From: a bacterium
GTDB lineage: Bacteria; Patescibacteriota; Patescibacteriia; UBA9570
DNA length: 64,000 nt
NCBI GenBank assembly: GCA_030698395.1
Contig: JAUYKW010000018.1
Location: forward strand, 44,726 to 108,725
Direction of reading: 5' to 3'
Shown here one piece after another: positions 58,507 through 64,000 of the stretch. The notes under the pieces are model-generated. The model was not told the DNA's origin. It was given only the letters and a program-made list of their open reading frames with translations, and made no database searches. Every line of letters starts with the position of its first letter. The first letter of the stretch is position 1. The translations under genes and the position numbers were made by a program.

Positions 58507-58944
58507 ATGGATCTTAATAAAGTAATGATAATTGGTAGAATTACCAAAGATCCAGAAGTGCGTACAATTACTTCTGGACAAACTGTTGCATCGTTCTCTA
58601 TTGCAACAAATCGACAGTGGAAAGACCAATCTGGCCAAAAACAAGAAAAAGCAGAATTTCATAATGTTGTTGCTTGGAGAAAATTGGCTGAGATAATCCA
58701 ACAATATGTAAAAAAAGGATCAAAAATTTACATAGAAGGTAGATTAGAAACTCGTTCTTGGGATGATCCTCAGGGAGTGAAAAAATATCGTACAGAAATT
58801 GTTGCTGATAATATGATCATGCTTGATTCAAAAGGATCAGTAGCCAATACAGGTGGAGGATCTGTTCCTGCACCATCTATTGCCCCAGAGCCAGCTGTTG
58901 AAGATCCTGGAGAAGAAATCACAGTTGAGGATATTCCATTCTAG
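58507..58944 (+). CDS. ssb: Single-stranded DNA-binding protein
   Basis: MDLNKVMIIGRITKDPEVRTITSGQTVASFSIATNRQW OB-fold. Acidic C-terminal tail ending DIPF. Confidence 0.95.
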   Translation: MDLNKVMIIGRITKDPEVRTITSGQTVASFSIATNRQWKDQSGQKQEKAEFHNVVAWRKLAEIIQQYVKKGSKIYIEGRLETRSWDDPQGVKKYRTEIVADNMIMLDSKGSVANTGGGSVPAPSIAPEPAVEDPGEEITVEDIPF

Positions 58945-58962
58945 AAATTAATATATATAACA

Positions 58963-59196
58963 ATGAGACCACAAAAAAGAAAAAATAGAAAAAAGCGAGA
59001 TCCACTAGATATTAGTATCGATGATATTGATTACAAAAATGTTGCAGTACTAAGAAAAGTTGTATCAAATTACTCAAAAATTTTACCAGCAAAACGTACG
59101 GGTGCAAGTTCTAAGATGCAACGTAAATTTGCTAAGGAAATTAAGCGAGCTCGCACCATGGGTTTATTGCCATTTATTCCATTCATTAAGAAGTAG
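58963..59196 (+). CDS. rpsR: 30S ribosomal protein S18
   Basis: IDYKNVAVLRKVVSNYSKILPAKRTGASSKMQRKFAKEIKRARTMGLLPF. rpsF-ssb-rpsR gene order conserved. Confidence 0.9.
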   Translation: MRPQKRKNRKKRDPLDISIDDIDYKNVAVLRKVVSNYSKILPAKRTGASSKMQRKFAKEIKRARTMGLLPFIPFIKK

Positions 59197-59199
59197 GGT

Positions 59200-59757
59200 A
59201 TGTTAAACATGAGTGACATCAAAATGGGGAAGGTTGTCGATATGGATGGCGCTCCCTTTCAGGTGATGAATACCGATCATTTGCAAATGGGCCGAGGTAG
59301 TGCAGTATTGCGTACAAAATTACGTAATTTAATTGATGGTTCTGTTCGTGAGCATACATTTAAATCTGGAGATAAAATTGAGGAAGCTGATTTATCACGG
59401 ATGCGAGCGAGCTTTCTTTATCGAGAGGATGATCAATTTCATTTTATGAATAATGAAAATTACGAGCAGTTCGCATTTGATCTTGAACAGATTGGAGAAA
59501 TCTCTAATTTTGTAAAGGAAGGTGAGGATGTTGATGTAATGAGTTTTAATGGTAATCCAGTAACTATTACAATACCTACAAAGGTAGAGCTTAAAGTAGT
59601 TGAATCTCCTCCGGGAATAAAAGGTGATTCTGCAGCTAATGTTACTAAACGAGTAAAGTTAGAAACAGGTTATGAAATTCCAGTACCATTATTTGTAAAA
59701 CAAGATGATATAATCAGAGTGAATACTGAGACTGGAGAATACGTAGAGCGAGTGTAA
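59200..59757 (+). CDS. efp: Elongation factor P
   Basis: GKVVDMDGAPFQVMNTDHLQMGRGSAVLRTKLRNLIDGSVREHTFKSGDKIEEAD with the conserved loop Lys/Arg region. Length 185 aa. Confidence 0.9.
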   Translation: MLNMSDIKMGKVVDMDGAPFQVMNTDHLQMGRGSAVLRTKLRNLIDGSVREHTFKSGDKIEEADLSRMRASFLYREDDQFHFMNNENYEQFAFDLEQIGEISNFVKEGEDVDVMSFNGNPVTITIPTKVELKVVESPPGIKGDSAANVTKRVKLETGYEIPVPLFVKQDDIIRVNTETGEYVERV

Positions 59758-59785
59758 TTTATATCCGAGCATAGAAAAATATAAT

Positions 59786-59820
59786 AAAGGCGCTAATATT
59801 TGCGCCTTTATTACTTTATA
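59786..59820 (+). terminator. Candidate rho-independent terminator after efp
   Basis: Stem AAAGGCGC (59786..59793), loop TAATATTT, stem GCGCCTTT (59802..59809), then T-rich ATTACTTTATATTT. Confidence 0.5.
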
Positions 59821-59830
59821 TTTCATATTA

Positions 59831-59839
59831 TGCTAAAAT
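59831..59839 (+). promoter_or_regulatory. Extended -10 element TGcTAAAAT, 7 nt upstream of the pyk ATG (probable leaderless transcript)
   Basis: TGCTAAAAT at 59831..59839, ATG at 59847, no Shine-Dalgarno. Same geometry as upstream of trpS. Confidence 0.4.
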
Positions 59840-59846
59840 TATTGAT

Positions 59847-61271
59847 ATGAAAAAAACAAAAATTGTCTGTACAATCGGACCAGCATCAGAGAATAAAATA
59901 GTATTAGAAAAAATGGCGCGAGCCGGAATGAATGTTGCTCGGCTTAATTTTTCGCACGGTACATATGATAATCATAGACTGTTGATTAAGAATATTCGGG
60001 ATATGGCAAAAAAAGTTGGGACACCAATTGCAATTATGCAAGATTTGCAAGGGCCTCGCATTAGGGTTGGTGATGTACATAAAGATGGTATTGATATATT
60101 AAGAGGAGAAAAAGTAGTATTGGTTCCTGAGAAACTGATTAACTATAAATTATTAGTTACTGGTGATGATAAAATTATTCCGATTGGATATCAAGATTTA
60201 CATAAGTATGTAAAAGTTGGTGGACACGTTCTAATTAGTGATGGTCTGATAGATATTAAAGTAAATAAGGTTAAAGATGGATTTATTCATGGTAAAGTTA
60301 TCAAACCTGGTATTATTTTGTCTCATAAAGGAATTAATTTACCAGGTACGTTAATTGAAGCTGAGGTAATCACAGCTAAAGATAAAAAGGATTTAATATT
60401 TGGTCTATCACAAGGAATTGATTTTGTTGCCCTTTCATTTGTGAAGGATGCAGCAAACGTAATAGCATTGAGAAAATTATTAGGTAATAAAGATGTTCAA
60501 ATAATATCAAAGATAGAACGCAAAGAAGCATTGAATAATTTCGATGAAATTTTAGAAGTTACAGATGGTGTGATGGTTGCTCGGGGAGATTTAGGTATTG
60601 AGATTCCACCAGCTGATGTACCATTAGCTCAAAAAGATATGATTCAGAGATGTATGCTAGTTGGTAAGCCTGTTATTGTAGCAACACAAATGTTGGAATC
60701 AATGATGTTAAATCCACGACCAACCAGAGCTGAAGTTTCAGATGTTGCTAACGCAGTAATTGATCATACAGATGCAGTGATGCTTTCTGGTGAGTCTGCT
60801 TATGGTAAATATCCGGTAGAGTCCGTGCAGATGATGGCGGATGTTATTAAAAAAACAGAAGCTTCTAGATTTGACGATTTACCTGGACATTACTTAAAAA
60901 TTACTCATCCTAATATTCAAGATTCAATATCTATTGTAGCCTATGATTTAGCATTGCAAGAAGATGTGAAAGCTATTGTGGTAAATTCTCTTTCTGGTAG
61001 AGCTGCGCGCATGGTTGTTCGGCATCGTCCGGAAACAACTATTGCAGTATTGACTAATAACCAGAGAACTCAAAATAAACTTGCTTTGTCTTGGGGGATT
61101 CAAGCATTACTATTACCTAAGTGCAAAACTTTGGATGAGTTGATTCGTAAATCGGTTACTTTAATGAAAAATAGTAAATTAGTTAAAGCGGGAGATAATA
61201 TTGTATTGGTATCCGGACATCCAGTAGGAACATCTGAAGGGGTTAACATGGTAAAACTTCATTCAATATAA
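59847..61271 (+). CDS. pyk: Pyruvate kinase
   Basis: MKKTKIVCTIGPASENKIVLEKMARAGMNVARLNFSHG. Catalytic region MVARGDLGIEIP. Length 474 aa. Confidence 0.95.
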   Translation: MKKTKIVCTIGPASENKIVLEKMARAGMNVARLNFSHGTYDNHRLLIKNIRDMAKKVGTPIAIMQDLQGPRIRVGDVHKDGIDILRGEKVVLVPEKLINYKLLVTGDDKIIPIGYQDLHKYVKVGGHVLISDGLIDIKVNKVKDGFIHGKVIKPGIILSHKGINLPGTLIEAEVITAKDKKDLIFGLSQGIDFVALSFVKDAANVIALRKLLGNKDVQIISKIERKEALNNFDEILEVTDGVMVARGDLGIEIPPADVPLAQKDMIQRCMLVGKPVIVATQMLESMMLNPRPTRAEVSDVANAVIDHTDAVMLSGESAYGKYPVESVQMMADVIKKTEASRFDDLPGHYLKITHPNIQDSISIVAYDLALQEDVKAIVVNSLSGRAARMVVRHRPETTIAVLTNNQRTQNKLALSWGIQALLLPKCKTLDELIRKSVTLMKNSKLVKAGDNIVLVSGHPVGTSEGVNMVKLHSI

Positions 61272-61432
61272 AAAAACAGCTAGAAGCTAGATATTAAAAT
61301 TCATTATCTATTGGGTGATTTTTTTATGTTCTACGGAGAACAATCAATAATTTATTTATTTTCTGATTAAGGATAAAAAACTACTAAGATTAGTACATAA
61401 TAGATTCTATCCACCGTTGTTGTGTATATAAG

Positions 61433-61461
61433 TAGACAATAGTACGCGGTTTTTATATAAT
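61433..61461 (+). promoter_or_regulatory. Candidate sigma70-type promoter (TAGACA, 17 bp spacer, TATAAT) upstream of ppsA
   Basis: TAGACA at 61433..61438, 17 bp spacer, TATAAT at 61456..61461. Predicted TSS about 61468, which argues against the ORF-track start at 61472. Confidence 0.4.
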
Positions 61462-61528
61462 ACGCCTTAGTGTGTCCATATCGAAAATGGACTTTTATTT
61501 ATCTCGAATAGTAAACAGAATAAAGATT

Positions 61529-63967
61529 ATGGCAGACAATAAGCAAACAGATTACATTCTATGGTTTAAAGATCTTGGTATTGAAGATGTACCTTTAGTA
61601 GGCGGAAAAAATGCATCCTTGGGTGAGATGTATCAAAACATGGCTGAAAAAGGAGTTGCAGTACCAAATGGCTTTGCTATTACTGCATATGCATATGAGC
61701 ATTTCTTAGAAGAAACAGGTGTGAAACAGCAAATTGTTGATATTTTGGCTACGTTAGATACTGCGGATTTAAGAAACTTGCAGGAGCATGGCCTAAAAGT
61801 AAGAGAAGCTATATTACGAGCAGAATTACCAGATGATTTGAAAACAGCAATTGAGAAAGCTTATAAAGAAATGACTGAGTTAGAAGGAAATGGTGAGAAT
61901 ATGGATGTAGCAGTGCGGAGCTCTGCAACAGCAGAAGATATGCCAGATGCTTCATTTGCAGGACAACAAGAAACATTCTTAAATATTCGTGGTGGTTTTG
62001 AGGTTATTGAAGCTACAAAAAAATGTATGGCATCACTTTTTACAAATCGAGCAATTTCTTATCGGCATGATAAGGGATATGATCAGTTTAATGTTTCTTT
62101 ATCTGTTGGTGTACAAAAGATGGTGCGAGCTGATGAAGCTGGTTCTGGTGTAATGTTTACAATTGATACAGAATCTGGTTTTCAAAACGCTGTGTTGATA
62201 AATGCATCGTGGGGATTAGGTGAAATGGTTGTACAAGGTAAAGTTGAGCCAGATGAGTACTATGTTTATAAACCAACATTAAAAGAAGGATCTACCAGAA
62301 ATGATGATGACACGCTAAATTTTAAGTATCGTCCAATAGTTGCGAAGAGCCTTGGTAATAAAGAAGAAAAAATGATTTACAGCTTAGAAGGTAACGATCC
62401 TGTGAGAGAGGTGCCAGTAGCAGAGGAAGATAGAAAGAAATTTGTTCTAACTGATGACGAAGTATTGCAATTGGCATACTGGGCATGTTTAATCGAGGAT
62501 CATTATGGCAAACCAATGGATATTGAGTGGGCCAAGGATGGTATCACTGAAAAGTTATATATCGTACAAGCCAGACCAGAGACTGTACATGCACAGGTTG
62601 AAGGAAATATATTGGAAGAGTACGAAATCCATGGTAAAGGTGAAATATTAACTGAAGGTGTATCAGTGGGATCAAAGATTGGTCAAGGTAAAGTACATGT
62701 GTTAAAAGATGCATCAGAAATTCATGATTTTAAAGAAGGTGAAGTATTAGTAACAGAAATTACTGATCCGGATTGGGAGCCAATCATGAAAATCGCATCT
62801 GCCATTGTTACAAATTCAGGTGGTAGAACTTCTCATGCAGCAATTGTGTCTCGTGAGTTAGGTATTCCAGCAGTTGTAGGAACTAAAGATGCAACCATGG
62901 TATTAAAGACTGGCCAAGAAGTAACAGTCTCTTGTGCTGAAGGTGAGAAGGGATTTATTTACGATGGTAATGTTCCTTATGATATAAAGAAAACAGATTT
63001 GGGAGATCTAAGGCCACCGAAAACTGACATTATGCAAATTGTGGGAGATCCATCACGGGTGTTTGATTTTTCCATGATTCCAAATCGTGGCGTTGGTTTG
63101 GCTCGTTTAGAAATGATTATCCTTAATGCTATTAAAGTTCATCCATTAGCATTACTTAAATTTGATGAGCTAGAAGAGGAAGAAGTAAAAAAAGAAATAA
63201 CTGAGCTAACTCGTAACTACGAAAAGAAGGAAGATTTCTTTATTGATCAATTAGCATTAGGAGTGGGAAGAATTGCTGCGGCTTATGCTCCACATCAGGT
63301 GATTGTGCGTATGTCGGATTTTAAATCTAATGAATATGCAAATTTGATTGGTGGAAAGCAATTTGAACCACATGAAGAAAATCCTATGCTAGGTTGGAGA
63401 GGAGCTTCTCGTTATTACTCTGAAGAATATAAAGATGCTTACATCTTAGAGTGTAAAGCGATGAAGATTGTGCGTGAAGAAATGGGATTAACTAACATGA
63501 AATTGATGATTCCTTTTGTGCGCACTCCAGAAGAGGGCCAAAAAGTTATTGATATTCTGGCTGAAAATGGTTTGAAGCAAGGAGATGGTGGGCTAGAAAT
63601 TTACATGATGTGCGAGATACCATCAAATGTACTTTTAGCTGAAGAGTTTATTAAAATCTTTGATGGTTTCTCAATCGGATCAAATGATCTTACTCAACTT
63701 ACATTAGGCTTAGATCGTGATTCTGGATTAGTAGCTCATATCTATGATGAGCGTAATGAGGCTGTAAAGAAGTTGTTAGGACAAGCTATCGATGTAGTTC
63801 ACGCTGCTGGTAAGAAGATTGGTATTTGCGGGCAAGCACCATCTGATTTTCCAGAAATTGCTGAGTTTTTAGTTGATAAGGGAATCGATACTATATCTGT
63901 CACTCCTGATACTGGATTAAAGACATGGCTTAACGTAGCAGCTTACGAAGAAAAAGTCGGCAAATAA
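61529..63967 (+). CDS. ppsA: Phosphoenolpyruvate synthase (pyruvate, water dikinase)
   Basis: N-terminus MADNKQTDYILWFKDLGIEDVPLVGGKNASLGEM. Phosphohistidine motif GGRTSHAAIVSRELGIPAVVG. C-terminal PEP-utilising TIM barrel. Start taken at the internal ATG 61529; the ORF track begins at 61472. Confidence 0.85.
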   Translation: MADNKQTDYILWFKDLGIEDVPLVGGKNASLGEMYQNMAEKGVAVPNGFAITAYAYEHFLEETGVKQQIVDILATLDTADLRNLQEHGLKVREAILRAELPDDLKTAIEKAYKEMTELEGNGENMDVAVRSSATAEDMPDASFAGQQETFLNIRGGFEVIEATKKCMASLFTNRAISYRHDKGYDQFNVSLSVGVQKMVRADEAGSGVMFTIDTESGFQNAVLINASWGLGEMVVQGKVEPDEYYVYKPTLKEGSTRNDDDTLNFKYRPIVAKSLGNKEEKMIYSLEGNDPVREVPVAEEDRKKFVLTDDEVLQLAYWACLIEDHYGKPMDIEWAKDGITEKLYIVQARPETVHAQVEGNILEEYEIHGKGEILTEGVSVGSKIGQGKVHVLKDASEIHDFKEGEVLVTEITDPDWEPIMKIASAIVTNSGGRTSHAAIVSRELGIPAVVGTKDATMVLKTGQEVTVSCAEGEKGFIYDGNVPYDIKKTDLGDLRPPKTDIMQIVGDPSRVFDFSMIPNRGVGLARLEMIILNAIKVHPLALLKFDELEEEEVKKEITELTRNYEKKEDFFIDQLALGVGRIAAAYAPHQVIVRMSDFKSNEYANLIGGKQFEPHEENPMLGWRGASRYYSEEYKDAYILECKAMKIVREEMGLTNMKLMIPFVRTPEEGQKVIDILAENGLKQGDGGLEIYMMCEIPSNVLLAEEFIKIFDGFSIGSNDLTQLTLGLDRDSGLVAHIYDERNEAVKKLLGQAIDVVHAAGKKIGICGQAPSDFPEIAEFLVDKGIDTISVTPDTGLKTWLNVAAYEEKVGK

Positions 63968-64000
63968 AATTACAAATAACGGATAGAAAAGTAGCGACAT

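Noticed and set aside
58080-58704. Minus-strand ORFs 58080..58481 and 58492..58704, antisense to the rpsF tail and the ssb start
   Set aside because: Ser/Thr/Gly-rich antisense reading of an acidic repeat. Overlaps highly conserved rpsF and ssb genes.
61272-61330. Possible terminator after pyk (AGCTAG direct repeat and TTTTTTT tract)
   Set aside because: No convincing stem immediately precedes the T-tract. AGCTAGAAGCTAG is a direct repeat, not an inverted one.
1-64000. Search for CRISPR arrays, tRNA or rRNA genes, IS elements or integrases
   Set aside because: No regularly spaced direct repeats, no cloverleaf-like GC-rich 70-90 nt segments in the AT-rich intergenic regions, and no transposase or integrase-like ORFs were found by reading the sequence. 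The only compositional anomaly is the GC island, which lacks any such gene.

Overview
This 64 kb window is a low-GC (about 35% by eye), tightly packed bacterial chromosome segment. Coordinates throughout include the stop codon, following the ORF track.

Most genes have no Shine-Dalgarno sequence. The gene content (MurD/MurI, Wzm/Wzt, many glycosyltransferases, large low-complexity proteins, an Elp3 homolog, sparse central metabolism) fits a small-genome Gram-positive-type lineage such as CPR/Patescibacteria. I cannot confirm that from sequence alone.

Recognisable genes, in order:
- uvrA N-terminus (partial, at the window edge) divergent from a short uvrC
- uvrD/pcrA helicase and a Hanks-type Ser/Thr kinase
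- secG, a family-5 solute-binding protein, RNase J, trpS, murD, murI (murD and murI convergent)
- an ABC-2 exporter pair
- 2,3-bisphosphoglycerate-independent phosphoglycerate mutase and a phosphohexomutase
- a beta-helical (bactofilin-like) membrane protein
- a SAM methyltransferase divergent from an Elp3-like radical-SAM/GNAT protein
- glyA and ychF
- a roughly 28 kb surface-glycan cluster (28962-57586): GT-C, polyprenyl-phosphate GT2s, DegT aminotransferase, cupin ketoisomerase, GtrA, Gmd and Fcl for GDP-fucose, GT2 and GT4 enzymes, two sulfotransferases, an FkbM and a class I methyltransferase, and a Wzm/Wzt ABC exporter
- rpsF-ssb-rpsR, efp, pyk and ppsA

The standout is a roughly 1.2 kb GC-rich island (about 5868-7080, roughly 55-60% GC by eye) in one intergenic gap of an accessory stretch between uvrC and uvrD. 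A near-consensus sigma70 promoter sits exactly at its AT-rich left edge. It carries a GC-rich leader and one 323 aa ORF of unknown function with a strong Shine-Dalgarno sequence and a perfect in-frame 15 bp tandem duplication. The same accessory stretch holds a Pro/Thr-rich protein, a coiled-coil giant and a membrane protein with a histone-H1-like lysine-rich tail.

No rRNA, tRNA, CRISPR array or recognisable transposase or integrase was seen.
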